From Candidatus Magasanikiibacteriota bacterium (GTDB lineage: Bacteria > Patescibacteriota > Patescibacteriia > Magasanikbacterales > UBA922), in the NCBI GenBank assembly GCA_018650645.1, contig JABIFP010000025.1, forward strand, positions 7,976 through 71,975: a stretch of 64,000 nt of DNA. Reading direction: 5' to 3'. The position numbers were made by a program, and so were the translations under genes. The notes under the pieces were generated by a model. The model did no database searches. It had not been told where the DNA came from and was given only the letters and a program-made list of their open reading frames with translations. Within the stretch, counting starts at the first letter, position 1, and every line of letters starts with the position of its first letter. Shown here piece by piece: positions 1-10,992 of the stretch.

Positions 1-1518
1 TCTATAAAAGGTCTGCGCTTCATGAATTTCTTGATCTAGGATGGCGTCAACTTGCGCCAACTGCTCATCTACCGTAGGACCAATATCTTCTACTACCGGT
101 TCAGGAGCGACTTCTTCCGTTGTTGTTGCTGTTTCTTCGTCTTCATTTTCTTCAACCTGCGCTACTTCTGCAGTTGACGTAACAATACCACGCTCTTGTA
201 TTAATGCAGCTCTTCGCTGTTTTCTATACTCTTCAGCAGACAGTCTATCATATTTTTCGTCTAATAGCTCATTTGCTTTTACAATAGAATATGGTGTTGT
301 TGTAACCGATTCGGTATACCCAGGGAAGCCTGCCAAAATTGGCCCTTCAATAATTTCGCCTTCGCCTTGCAAACTTTCTCGTAAAATTCTGCGTTTATCA
401 ATGGCTAGCGCAAGTGCTTCTCTTAAATCGTCTTCTTCAAGAATCGATTGATGTGATGGGTTGAAAAAAAGTGCTGTATATTGTGGTAATTGCAACGTAT
501 GCACGGTAATATGTTTGCGTTCAACTTTTGAAGCAAGATGCGCTGGGACAAAATGAATCCCATCAACTTTTTGACTTCGGAGTGCCTGAATGGCCCCAAC
601 ATCTGGATCATCATACACGCCAAAAAACTGGAATATGACCTCGTCAATATATGGAGTACCCAAATGATACTGTTCGTTTTTTTCTAATTCATACCGAGAA
701 ATAAATCCTGTCTGATCTTTGATCAATTTTTTAAAGACGTATGGTCCAGAACCAACCGGTTGCAAATTACTTTGTGCTAATCGAATTCGTTCAGCTGGAA
801 TATTTTCCCAAATATGTGCAGGTAAAATACCCACAGTTAAAGAACTCAAAAATGGTTGGAACGGTTCCTGAAGAGTAAACGAAATGGTCTGCTCATCAAT
901 CACTTCTACCAGAACACCTTGGAAACTCACATACAAAGGACTTCCCACATCCTGATTTTGGATCAAATCAATGGTAAATGCAATATCGCTAGCAGTGATT
1001 GGAGGACCGACCTCTTTTTTTGTTCCGCTATGCCAAGAAATATCTTGCCGCAGTTTGAATGTGTATACTTTTTTGTCTTCACTCAATTCATACGAGTCGG
1101 CTAAATCCGCTACTAATTCCTGATTCGCATCAAATCGCATAAGCCCACTGTACATAAGACGAGCTAAATCCACATCTACATCATTCAGACTCGCAAAGAG
1201 CGGGTTAATAAGTTGTGGAGCACCCACAACAGCTTCTACATATCGTCCACCTTCTTTTGGCACCTGTACTCGATTCCCATCGATAACATTTACCCCCAGC
1301 CAAAGACATCCGGCCAGAAGCCCCCAAATAGCTAAAGTAAAGATTCGCCTTTCTTTATCACCAAGAACTTTTTTTACATGTCTGAGTTGGTGCCACGTTG
1401 GTCTTTTCTTCCCGTGGATACCACGAAGAACCGTAAGATCATGATTTGAACCAACTAAAGGCTTTGCTTTTTTTGTCGTTTTCGCAAGATGCTGCGAAAA
1501 AAATGATTTGAAGGACAC
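1..1518 (-). CDS. Peptide ABC transporter substrate-binding protein, family 5 (partial, runs off window start)
   Basis: Not in ORF track. Manual translation from GTG 1518 gives an N-terminal TM, then GGRYVEAVVGAPQLINPLF, LMYSGLMRFD, VYTFKLRQDISWH, LREALALAIDK; frame reaches position 1. Confidence 0.85.
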   Translation of the reverse strand, partial: MSFKSFFSQHLAKTTKKAKPLVGSNHDLTVLRGIHGKKRPTWHQLRHVKKVLGDKERRIFTLAIWGLLAGCLWLGVNVIDGNRVQVPKEGGRYVEAVVGAPQLINPLFASLNDVDVDLARLMYSGLMRFDANQELVADLADSYELSEDKKVYTFKLRQDISWHSGTKKEVGPPITASDIAFTIDLIQNQDVGSPLYVSFQGVLVEVIDEQTISFTLQEPFQPFLSSLTVGILPAHIWENIPAERIRLAQSNLQPVGSGPYVFKKLIKDQTGFISRYELEKNEQYHLGTPYIDEVIFQFFGVYDDPDVGAIQALRSQKVDGIHFVPAHLASKVERKHITVHTLQLPQYTALFFNPSHQSILEEDDLREALALAIDKRRILRESLQGEGEIIEGPILAGFPGYTESVTTTPYSIVKANELLDEKYDRLSAEEYRKQRRAALIQERGIVTSTAEVAQVEENEDEETATTTEEVAPEPVVEDIGPTVDEQLAQVDAILDQEIHEAQTFYR

Positions 1519-1558
1519 AAGAATTGCTCAAGAGTTAATCTCCCCTGAGAATAACAGA

Positions 1559-1777
1559 CTAGATGAAGAAACTTGATGCAGCAAGGGCAAAAAAGATAAT
1601 CGCCAATGCAATAGTTACTTTGTGAAGAAAAAGGTCTACCCCTCTTCTTGTTGAAACTACTTGCCCACCAGATCCACCGAATCCAGCACCAAGCCCAGCT
1701 CCTTTTTGTTGAATCAAAATTACCGCAACCAATGCGACAGATACAATCATTTGTACAATATTCAATATAGCTTCCAT
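1559..1777 (-). CDS. secG: Preprotein translocase subunit SecG
   Basis: Two TM helices with ILIQQKGAGLGAGFGG linker. Confidence 0.92.
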   Translation of the reverse strand: MEAILNIVQMIVSVALVAVILIQQKGAGLGAGFGGSGGQVVSTRRGVDLFLHKVTIALAIIFFALAASSFFI

Positions 1778-2017
1778 ACTAACATTAAGGAAAATAAATC
1801 TTTCGTGAGGAAAGTATAGGCAATAACCCTAAATTAATCAAGAGAAAACCCTTATACTTGGCTTATTTTAGCAAAATATTAGGGGCATCCGGTTGATTTC
1901 TTTACACTTCAGAATATATGACCTCCATTTTCCACAGTACTCCTGTCCCCTCATTCTATTGACATCCCCACATTCTTTTGGTATATTTTGCCCACTTTAG
2001 AAACTGATTTCATTGAT

Positions 2018-2500
2018 ATGAAAAGCGACATCCACCCACAAGTAAATAATGTAGTATTTGTTGACACCTCTTGCGGTGCTGAATTTATTACTACTTCAAC
2101 CCTCAAAAGCGACGAAACTCGCGTTGTTGATGGTGTTGAGCACATGGTTATCAATGTAGAAATTTCATCTGCATCTCACCCGTTCTATACTGGTAAGCAA
2201 GTACTTCTTGATACTGCTCGTCGTGTAGAGAAATTTGAAAAACGTGCAGCAAAGCAAGCAGAAGCAGCAGAAGTAAGAAAAGGAAAGAGAGCAAAGGCTG
2301 CTAAGCGCGCAGAAGACACGGCTGAAGAAACTACTGAAGCGCCAAAGGCTAAAAAGAAAAAAGCTCCAGCTGCAGAAGTTGCAACTGAGGAGGCTCCTGT
2401 AGTGGAAGAAGCAAAAGTAGAAGAAGCGCCAGCTGAAACTACTGAAGCAGAAACTCCAGCAGTAGAAGAACCTAAGGCTGAGGAAGAAAAGCAAGCGTAG
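2018..2500 (+). CDS. rpmE2: 50S ribosomal protein bL31 type B with long Glu/Ala/Pro-rich C-terminal tail
   Basis: MKSDIHP...EISSASHPFYTGKQ...RVEKF; ATG 2018 preferred to TTG 1988. Confidence 0.92.
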   Translation: MKSDIHPQVNNVVFVDTSCGAEFITTSTLKSDETRVVDGVEHMVINVEISSASHPFYTGKQVLLDTARRVEKFEKRAAKQAEAAEVRKGKRAKAAKRAEDTAEETTEAPKAKKKKAPAAEVATEEAPVVEEAKVEEAPAETTEAETPAVEEPKAEEEKQA

Positions 2501-2513
2501 CGACGCACATATA

Positions 2514-2540
2514 AAGGCAGTCCTCATTTGGGCTGTTTTT
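2514..2540 (+). terminator. Intrinsic terminator after bL31
   Basis: ggcagtcc-tcattt-gggctgtt stem followed by T-run. Confidence 0.6.
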
Positions 2541-2588
2541 ATTTACTCTTGCCGATTACCAGAATACTTAGTACACTGACAGCATCAT

Positions 2589-3647
2589 ATGCTTCCAAAA
2601 TATTCAAACATTTTAGAAATATTTCGCCAATTCGAAGCTGATTTACAAAATCCAGCTATTATTAGTGATGTAAAAAAATTGACCAAGATATCTCAAGACT
2701 ATGCAGAGATGAAAGATACCGCGGCACATATCATGCAGCTTGAAAAAGCAGAAAAGAATCTTGCAGAAACAACTGAAATGCTCGCAAGCGATATTGATGA
2801 TGAGATGAAAGCAATGGCAAAAGAAGAATTGCAAACATTGAAAACGCATATTGAGAAACTCGAAGAAGTGCTTCGCCTTCAGACAAGACCTACAGATCCT
2901 CTGGACAAAAAAGATGTCATTATTGAGATTAGAGCAGGTGCCGGTGGAGATGAGGCAGCCCTTTTTGCAGGAGATCTGATGCGCATGTACATGAAGTACG
3001 CGGAATCACAAAAATGGAAGACTGAATTGATGAGTGAAAATCAAATTGGTATTGGTGGCTATAAAGAAGTCATTTTTGCTGTACGCGGACGCAATGTATA
3101 TAAGGATTATAAGTATGAATCTGGAGTACACAGAGTACAACGTGTGCCAGAAACTGAAAAACAAGGACGTATTCATACGTCAACAGCAAGTGTGGCTATC
3201 ATGCCAGAGGTTGAGGAAGAAGAAATAGAGATTAGACAGCAAGACCTGCGCGTTGATACATACTGCGCGAGTGGAAATGGTGGGCAAAGTGTAAACACCA
3301 CATATTCAGCGGTGCGCATTACGCATACCCCAACAGGAGTAGTAGCACAATGCCAAGATGAAAAATCCCAAATCCAAAATCGTATTAAAGCCATGAGTGT
3401 GCTGCGCGCAAGAATTTTTGAAGCGCAAGAAGCAAAAAGAAAAGCTGAAGAATCTGAAATGAGAAACAGCCAAATCGGATCAGGAGACAGAAGTGAAAAA
3501 ATTAGAACTTATAACTATCCGCAAGATCGTATTACGGATCATCGGATTAAACAAAGCTGGAATAATATCCCCGATATCCTGAGTGGAAACTTGGAGCCAC
3601 TTATTACGGCAATTAGAAATGAAGATTACGCAAAGATGGATGCATAA
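2589..3647 (+). CDS. prfA: Peptide chain release factor 1
   Basis: [12 protein letters not shown] (PxT), [17 protein letters not shown]. Confidence 0.97.
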   Translation: MLPKYSNILEIFRQFEADLQNPAIISDVKKLTKISQDYAEMKDTAAHIMQLEKAEKNLAETTEMLASDIDDEMKAMAKEELQTLKTHIEKLEEVLRLQTRPTDPLDKKDVIIEIRAGAGGDEAALFAGDLMRMYMKYAESQKWKTELMSENQIGIGGYKEVIFAVRGRNVYKDYKYESGVHRVQRVPETEKQGRIHTSTASVAIMPEVEEEEIEIRQQDLRVDTYCASGNGGQSVNTTYSAVRITHTPTGVVAQCQDEKSQIQNRIKAMSVLRARIFEAQEAKRKAEESEMRNSQIGSGDRSEKIRTYNYPQDRITDHRIKQSWNNIPDILSGNLEPLITAIRNEDYAKMDA

Positions 3648-3675
3648 AAAAACGGACCAATTGGTCCGTTTTTTT
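3646..3675. terminator. Bidirectional terminator
   Basis: Perfect palindrome aaaaaaacggaccaattggtccgttttttt between convergent genes. Confidence 0.85.
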
Positions 3676-3676
3676 A

Positions 3677-6237
3677 TTACTCGTGTGTATCAGTTTCTGC
3701 ATTCAGTTTTTTACTCCCCTTTCTTTTTTTCATCCCAGCCTTTGGAATCTGCACATGAAACGAAGTACCCTTGTTTATAACGGACTCAAACCAAATTTTT
3801 CCACCAATCTGTTCCACAATTTCTTTAATAATATACAGCCCAAGGCCTGTTCCTTCAGTATCCTTTTCTCGCACATTATCTGCTCGGAATAGTTTTTCAA
3901 ATACCCGTTCATGCTGGCGCTTTGGAATTCCATATCCTGTATCGGTGATATCAAACTGCAACATATCCTTATTCATTTGCAGCAAGATCATAACACTCCC
4001 TTTAGCTGGCGTGTATTTAACTGCGTTATTCACCAAATTATGCAGTATAATTCGTAGTAAGGTTGGATCAGCTTGAATACTTGCCTTATGCTTAAACAAC
4101 GTTTTGACTAATAATTTCTTTGCCTTTATTTGTGGCGCCATTTCTTTTATTACCATCTTTATTTCTTCAACTACATCCATAAGCTTTGGATCGACAGAGA
4201 ATGTTCCCAATTCTAACCTTGATACATTAAGCAGAGAATTTACAAGCGATACCATACGCTGATTTCCTGCATATATTTCTTCAATATATACTTTTTGATC
4301 TTTAGACAACTTTCCAACGTCCCCGGCCAGCAGCATTTCGGTATACCAATTAATGGTAGACAGGGGTGTTCTAAGCTGATGAGAAGCAAGTGAAACAAAT
4401 TCCGTTTTCACCTTATCAACTTCTTTTTCTTTCGTAATATCACGAAGGACAATAATGCCACCAACAACTCCATTCTCTAATACAACAGGCGATGCAGTTA
4501 CGGCACCAGGGAACGTAGACTTGTCTTTACGTACAAATCTACTCACAAGCGAAACTCGTTCTTGCTTTATTAATGCTTGTGCCAATGCAGATTTGTTTTT
4601 TGGTACACGGACTCCCTTTTCGTCTATAGATACAAGTACATTAGACCAAGCCTTCCCTACTAATGAGGCTGTCTTATACCCCAAAATTTGCCTTGCCGCA
4701 TCATTTGCTAGAATAATACCCCCTTTCATATCAATAGCCAGTAACCCATCACCAATACTGCTTAAAATTGCTTCATCTTTTGCTTTCGCAGATGCTAAAC
4801 GATTTTTTTCCTCTTCTAAATCGTCCATAATATTGATGGTAGCAGAACGCGCCTGACGAAGCGATGCCGTTTGTACCTGTGTATCTTCTAAAATATTTAG
4901 CACCGCAAGTTTTGTTTGTTTTGCCAGTTGAAGTTGCTGATCGAGCTCTTTCGTTTTATGTTCTACCTGTTCTTCTAAAGAAGACTGTGCACCAATTATT
5001 GTATCTGCCAAGCTATTAAACGCCTGTGCTAGCGCTCCCACTTCATCTTTTGATGTAATTTTTGCGCGCGCTAGGTAATTTCCATTTTGAAGCGCTAATG
5101 CCATTTGTTTTAATCGAACAATTGGGTGTGCTAAACTTTCTGATATAAATAAGGCAACAATAATTGCGATAATACCAAATATGAGGATGAAAATAATAAG
5201 CTGATTTCTCGTACTGGTCACAACACCCAAGGCCTCATCTTCAGGAACTATTTCAAAAAACACCCATCGACGCTGTTGCTCACCTGCATCAACTTCCACT
5301 GATTGATATGCTATCGCGGCATTAATTTCTGGAACAAACTGTGCCCCTCCATTATTATTCTTAAATAGATCAGTTACGTCCTTTGAAAATTCTTTATGCA
5401 CAGAAAAACCCGTGTTTAAATCTGACTGTCCACCCCACTGTTTTGAGATATCTGGATGCAAAAAATAATATCCATCTTCGCTTATAAAATAATGCTTTCC
5501 TTTTTTGAGATTTGTATCATCAGTCTCCGATATAAACTGCAATAATATATCTGCTCGAATGTTAAGCACAATCAATCCAATTTGTTCACCGCTACCCTCG
5601 TCAAATACTGATGTACCATACCTAATGACGGGCTGCAGCGGAATTTGTAGTGTGGGTGGCACCCCTTCTTTGTTTAGGTCTAACTGTGATATATATAATT
5701 CTCCCTTTGCTTTTAAAAGAGTATCCTCAACATAGTACCTATCCCCCTTATACTGCAACTCTTGTTTATTAACGATATGCACGGACTCCCCATCAGAATC
5801 AACACGCACTACTTCATTTCCCTCTAGATCAATGAACCGAATCTGCGCATAGGCCTCATTAATCTCTGCGAGTGCAACAAACTGCTGTTCGAGAAGCTGC
5901 GTCCAGACGTCTACTTCCTCGGTAGTACTCTCAGCATTGCTATTGGAGCGAGCCTTATACAGTTCTTGCACTGCAGGATTTGAAGCAAGGTACAACGTAT
6001 CATGTTCAAACCCCATAAGAATTTGTTCAACTTCAAATTTATGAGAAGCCGTTTCAACCATCAAGTCTGAAAGTATAGATTCGAGCACAAGACCCTTTGT
6101 TATTCGAAATCCAAAAAAACCCGAGACCATCAAAGGCACAATCGTGATCAAAAAAATGATAACTGAAATTTTCGTTGATATCTTTCGAGAGAAAATCTGA
6201 GTCTCACCTTTTTTTGTGTCTTATGTTTTTTTATCAT
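3677..6237 (-). CDS. Membrane sensor histidine kinase (Cache-HAMP-coiled coil-PAS-HisKA-HATPase); 5' end out of frame
   Basis: FVSLASHQLRTPL H-box, NLVNNAVKY, DTGYGI, GTGLGL. Continuous ORF 3677..6151 starts at a mid-TM TTG; ATG 6237 needs a -1 shift. Confidence 0.9.
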
Positions 6238-7543
6238 CTTTTTTACGTTTAACTGAAGATTTTTTCTTTATCTTAAGATCCTGGTTCTCCTTCTTCAGCT
6301 GAATCATACGAAGCTCTCTCTCAATCATAGTATCATTTAGCAATTCTGCTTCTTTCAATGCTTTCTGCGTTTTTTTCCTTTCTTCAACAAGTGTTTTTGT
6401 TTGCTGCTCTACCTTTGCGTCAATATTTACTCTTGCCTGGAACAATGCTTCAGTAAAACTATCTAATAAGTTACCTAGCCCTTCAATTTCATGTTCATTA
6501 TCATTATCAGATACCGGATGTGTTCCTCCACTCAAAATGTTTTTTCCTGTATGAATGATTTGTCGCAAATCTTTTCCAAGCAGTGTTCCTACAACATAGG
6601 AAACCCCTCCAAAAAAGAATATGATAAGCAAAGCCACAAGCAGAAGCTGAGAAATAAGAAATTGCGCTTGCTGGCTTATCTCATCCTTATTATATTCTGC
6701 CAAAAGACACCAGTCCATAGACGCAACATATGAATGCACACCGACAACAGGCACACCTCGATAACCTAAAAAGGTTTGTAATTTTGAATGTTGTTGTTCA
6801 AAATTATTTCTTTTAGAAAAGCAATCTTTTGCATTTTTAGTGGCTGATTCTTGAGACAAAATTGTAAGCTGATCGGGTTGAAATCTAGACGGACTAATCA
6901 TTAATAAACTGCTATTCACCAAATATGTTTCCCCTGTCACCCCCCATCCTTTACGCTCTTCAAGAATATCAAATAACTCCTGCTCTTTTAATTTTCCAAC
7001 AAGTACACCGACCACTTCATTATTACTATATATAGGCGTAGAGGCAAAAAGTGCTATATCAGCATCAAATTGCGTTTCTGAAATAGTATGTATATATGTG
7101 TTTTTTATCCCGTTTTCAAAAAGCTTTGTGTCAGCAAAGTCTCCTCCAAGGCTACCTACCACCGTCCCTGCAATCATTTGACCATCAGTGCTTAAAACAT
7201 ATAGTTCCTCGGCCAATGAAAATGTTGCAATTTTTTCTCGCCGTAAATAAGTTGATAATGCCCCTGAAGCACAATCCTCATTTTTGCTCGTTTCATCTAG
7301 TAAACACGATACTATTTTTGCATCTGCCGCTTGATCACCCATGCGCCCACGCACCAATGAAAAAAATGTTTGAATATGTTCATTTTTTACATGTGCCCCA
7401 AATGATAATTGTTCAAACGTTTTTCCTTCTATGTAATCCATCACTAATGTATAAAAAATTCCAGCACCACCAATAGTGAACACAGCCGTAAGTAAAACAA
7501 ACGGAATCATTATTTTTGCGCGAACACTGAACCCTCTTTTCAT
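6221..7543 (-). CDS. Kinase-less membrane sensor (dCache-HAMP-like) ending in RELRM coiled coil
   Basis: Two TMs around a Cache-like region (GVTGETYLVN, YRGVPVVG); C-terminus LNDTMIERELRMIQLKKE; no H-box. Confidence 0.75.
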   Translation of the reverse strand: MKRGFSVRAKIMIPFVLLTAVFTIGGAGIFYTLVMDYIEGKTFEQLSFGAHVKNEHIQTFFSLVRGRMGDQAADAKIVSCLLDETSKNEDCASGALSTYLRREKIATFSLAEELYVLSTDGQMIAGTVVGSLGGDFADTKLFENGIKNTYIHTISETQFDADIALFASTPIYSNNEVVGVLVGKLKEQELFDILEERKGWGVTGETYLVNSSLLMISPSRFQPDQLTILSQESATKNAKDCFSKRNNFEQQHSKLQTFLGYRGVPVVGVHSYVASMDWCLLAEYNKDEISQQAQFLISQLLLVALLIIFFFGGVSYVVGTLLGKDLRQIIHTGKNILSGGTHPVSDNDNEHEIEGLGNLLDSFTEALFQARVNIDAKVEQQTKTLVEERKKTQKALKEAELLNDTMIERELRMIQLKKENQDLKIKKKSSVKRKKDDKKT

Positions 7544-7547
7544 ACAA

Positions 7548-8864
7548 TCACTTCTTTATATTTTTTTTGAAATCGGACAATCGTTTTTTCAACTCAATCA
7601 TTTTCAGCTCACGGCCAACCATAGTTTCATTAAGCCGTTCTGTCTCAAGTGATTTCTCTTCAATAACATGTCGATCCTTATCAGCTCTTTTCAATGCACG
7701 CTCTAATCGTTCTTTGTGCCCTTCCGCTTCCCTACGCAAATGATCCGCCTCTTCTTTGGCATGCTCAAGATCAAGTGTTTTAATTCTAAGTTCTGCAGTA
7801 ATATCACCCGCAAGTAACACAGCATTTGCCTTTGTTCTTGTAAATATATATAGAATACTCCCCACCAAAGATGCTACAAGCATTCCTGCTATAAATAACC
7901 ATATGGGTACCATTAATCCCTGTCTTCCTACCCAAAATTGCGGGGCCTCAAGAAATGTTATCTGCCATTCTCGTCCCCCCACATCGATTGACTGTTCGCT
8001 AACATATTGTGATACATATGCTCCATAATCTACAGAGGAATATACACTGCTATTAACAATAGCATCTAAACCTAAATCATTTACTTGCAACTTCAGCATT
8101 TTAGATACAGTATCTTGCTGCATCACTCCCTGAATAAATTCCTCCAAATGCACTATGAGTAACACATACCCATCTAATGCTTCTTTTCTTTGTTCAAGCG
8201 TATGTATTGACTTTTCTGATTGATAGACAGGAAGCGCAATCATCAGTTGCTGCTCTGAATTACCGTCTACCGAAGAAAGCATGGGCACTGTTGCTCTAGC
8301 GGTATTTGTGTCTCTTGCTTCTATAAGTGCCACTTTGCGCGCTTCATGTGTGGAAAGATCATATCCAAACTCTTCCTCCCGATTGTCTTCAGAAGAAATA
8401 TACGTCACCACATAATGAATATCGCTGCGAGATTCTGGATAAATTGAAAAATCTGGATATCCTTCTTCATGTAAACTGGTATCTTCTCTTACTGAAAGCT
8501 CAAACGCTTCTTTTTGTTCATTAGAAACAACTTGCACATACTCAATAGCCTGTATACCTTGTAGACGTTCATCAATAGCTAACGCTTCCACAAATGCATG
8601 CCACTCATCTCGTTCAACGGCCTCACTTGCGGCAAATAATCCCCGCAAGTTATATAACACATCCACATAATCCCCTGCCACGTTTTCTACGTGAACACGC
8701 GCTTGTGTTGCCTGCTGCTGAAACTCAAGCTGTAATATTTCATCGGCTTGCTGTTGCGCAGCACTATATAACAAAGCACTCGCCAATGCGAGCACTAAAA
8801 ACGCACCAATGGCAAGCACGTTTCCAAGTACCACGGATTGCTTTGAAGCAATACGTTTTTTCAT
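7548..8864 (-). CDS. Kinase-less CHASE-domain membrane sensor ending in RELKM coiled coil
   Basis: LRGLFAAS..VERDEW, FGYDLS..ARKVALIEARDT, IDVGGREWQI; C-terminus LNETMVGRELKMIELKK. Confidence 0.8.
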   Translation of the reverse strand: MKKRIASKQSVVLGNVLAIGAFLVLALASALLYSAAQQQADEILQLEFQQQATQARVHVENVAGDYVDVLYNLRGLFAASEAVERDEWHAFVEALAIDERLQGIQAIEYVQVVSNEQKEAFELSVREDTSLHEEGYPDFSIYPESRSDIHYVVTYISSEDNREEEFGYDLSTHEARKVALIEARDTNTARATVPMLSSVDGNSEQQLMIALPVYQSEKSIHTLEQRKEALDGYVLLIVHLEEFIQGVMQQDTVSKMLKLQVNDLGLDAIVNSSVYSSVDYGAYVSQYVSEQSIDVGGREWQITFLEAPQFWVGRQGLMVPIWLFIAGMLVASLVGSILYIFTRTKANAVLLAGDITAELRIKTLDLEHAKEEADHLRREAEGHKERLERALKRADKDRHVIEEKSLETERLNETMVGRELKMIELKKRLSDFKKNIKK

Positions 8865-8921
8865 AAAAAAATATACTACAGTTGTTAGCAGTATATCATT
8901 TTTTTGTCACCTCTGCATGCC

Positions 8922-9137
8922 TTAATTCTTTTCTTGGTCTGTTAGTTCAACAATATGTGTATCACCAAATGTCACTTTTGTATACCAATCCTTTTGGCAA
9001 TGCGGACACCGCGACTGAAATGCGATACTCCCATTTTTTTTACAATCAATATCCTTCATAATAAAGAGTACCCCTCTGCATGCTTTGCAATGCACAAGTG
9101 GATGCTCCGGATCTATTGTGGTATACGAATGATACAT
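8922..9137 (-). CDS. Small putative Zn-ribbon protein
   Basis: CKAC...CPHC pairs; ATG 9137 preferred because GTG 9164 lies in a hairpin. Confidence 0.55.
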   Translation of the reverse strand: MYHSYTTIDPEHPLVHCKACRGVLFIMKDIDCKKNGSIAFQSRCPHCQKDWYTKVTFGDTHIVELTDQEKN

Positions 9138-9153
9138 ACTTCTTTTTTCTACG

Positions 9154-9199
9154 AAAAAGCCCACAAAGGAACCTTTAAAAAAGGGGTTCCTTTGCGGGC
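9154..9199 (-). terminator. Long stem-loop/terminator between receiver gene and Zn-ribbon/sensor genes
   Basis: gcccacaaaggaacc...ggttcctttgcgggc stem with T-run on the minus strand. Confidence 0.65.
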
Positions 9200-9216
9200 C
9201 GTAGAACCGCGGTTAA

Positions 9217-9624
9217 TTATACTTGCTGAATCCCGAGCGTCTGCTTCACATCATCAATAATTTGCTCGAGTTTATTTGTTGCCTTTACATAATACTCTAC
9301 AACTCCAAGTTTTAAGTATTGCTGCACTTTGTCATCACTTGCGGTATTTGATACCACAAATATTGGAATTGCCTGATACTGTGCTCCTGAACCCTTCAGT
9401 TTGACTACCAAATCAAGCCCACTCTCCTGCCCTAATAAATAATGATCCAGCCAAATGGCCTGGATGGTCGTGTCTTCACTCAAAGCAGTCTCAGCTTCTG
9501 CCACAGAGCGTACTCCGACAGCTGTGAGTCCTGATCTTTCAAGCTTTTGTGTAATTGCCTTTTGTAGTGGAATTTCATCTTCCACAACAAGGACCTTTGG
9601 CCCCGAATGTGATTGTGTACTCAT
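9217..9624 (-). CDS. Stand-alone response regulator receiver
   Basis: VLVVEDE, WLDHYL, VVSN, YYVK. Confidence 0.88.
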   Translation of the reverse strand: MSTQSHSGPKVLVVEDEIPLQKAITQKLERSGLTAVGVRSVAEAETALSEDTTIQAIWLDHYLLGQESGLDLVVKLKGSGAQYQAIPIFVVSNTASDDKVQQYLKLGVVEYYVKATNKLEQIIDDVKQTLGIQQV

Positions 9625-9713
9625 AAGAGCATTTAGCGTACTAAATTATCAGTTCTCCCCCACATCGCCTAGTGTAACATACCAGTTTAGTGCCCGCAAA
9701 TCATTTTTCAATG

Positions 9714-10019
9714 CTACCGAGGCTGCTTGCGCTCACCAAGTAATTGTAACTTCTCAGTAATTTGTGCCTCAACATCCACTCCACTTAATCGCGCTAAAAT
9801 AAGTATATCAAAGAGCGCATCAATAATTTCTTCATGCAAATTTTGCTCACTATACTTTTCAGATCCGATTGATTCATTAAATAACTGCCGAGCTATTTCC
9901 CCAATTTCCTCTTGCAGATGAATAAAAGCATCTTCCTTACGAGGCCCCTCATTTGGTGAATGTGCCCATCGCTTGTTCACGATGACCATTACTTGATCTG
10001 TAATATTTGATATATCCAT
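9714..10019 (-). CDS. MazG-like nucleotide pyrophosphohydrolase
   Basis: LQEEIGEIA...EEIIDALF motif. Confidence 0.75.
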   Translation of the reverse strand: MDISNITDQVMVIVNKRWAHSPNEGPRKEDAFIHLQEEIGEIARQLFNESIGSEKYSEQNLHEEIIDALFDILILARLSGVDVEAQITEKLQLLGERKQPR

Positions 10020-10088
10020 ATGTATCTACCCTATCAAATTAATTATATATTGATAAGCGCTGCCGGTTTATGGTATACATGAGTGACT

Positions 10089-10928
10089 ATGAAACATACA
10101 ACCATTCTTTCCGTCCTAAAACACGCAACAATCCATATTTCACGCACAGATGCAGAAATCCTTCTTGCCACCATTCTCAAAAAGCCCCGAGAATGGATAA
10201 TGAGCCACCCCGATTCCTCCGCTAGCTTTGTAAATAGGCAAGTAATGAAACGAATGGTTAAAAGAAGAAAGAAAGGACTTCCACTTGCGTATCTTACGGG
10301 TAAAAAAGCATTTTATGGACGCGATTTTCTTGTCACAAAAGATACGCTCATTCCGCGCCCAGAAACTGAGCAATATGTACCACTCGTGCAATCGATTTGT
10401 ACGCCAGAAGCGATTATTGTGGATGTTGGAACAGGCACAGGCTGTATTCCTATTACATTAGAGCGCGAACAAATTGGTTCTGCACATATTGGTATCGATA
10501 TTTCTGCAGCAGCACTCACCATAGCTACAAAAAATGCGACGCGATTGTCTGCAAATGTCCTTTTTCTGCAAGGAAATCTATTAGAGCCGCTTGCCATGCA
10601 TGCTGCTTCTACCGATCACCTTATTATTACGGCAAATTTACCCTACTTAACAAAAGAAGAAATCCTTGCAGAGCCTACAATTGCGCATGAACCACGTTTA
10701 GCACTTGATGGCGGAGCAAATGGTGTTGCACTCTACGAGCACCTCCTTATGCAAGTAAAGCAATATAAAGAGCGGTCATCTGTCCGCATTGACGTCATTA
10801 TGGAAATAAATCCGCACCAGGTACAAAACATGCAAGCACTCTGCAAACGCATTATTTCTACTGGCCGCATTTCCATTCATCAAGACCTTCCAAAGAAAGA
10901 TCGATTTGTTATGCTCACGGTTGCATAA
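10089..10928 (+). CDS. prmC: Release factor glutamine methyltransferase PrmC/HemK
   Basis: PLAYLTG, TLIPRPETE, DVGTGTGCI, ANLPY, HEPRLALDGG. Confidence 0.93.
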   Translation: MKHTTILSVLKHATIHISRTDAEILLATILKKPREWIMSHPDSSASFVNRQVMKRMVKRRKKGLPLAYLTGKKAFYGRDFLVTKDTLIPRPETEQYVPLVQSICTPEAIIVDVGTGTGCIPITLEREQIGSAHIGIDISAAALTIATKNATRLSANVLFLQGNLLEPLAMHAASTDHLIITANLPYLTKEEILAEPTIAHEPRLALDGGANGVALYEHLLMQVKQYKERSSVRIDVIMEINPHQVQNMQALCKRIISTGRISIHQDLPKKDRFVMLTVA

Positions 10929-10992
10929 CTATCCCCACTATTATTGTTAGCCAAAAGACGATACAATCTATAGACTATATTATTGCCTCATT

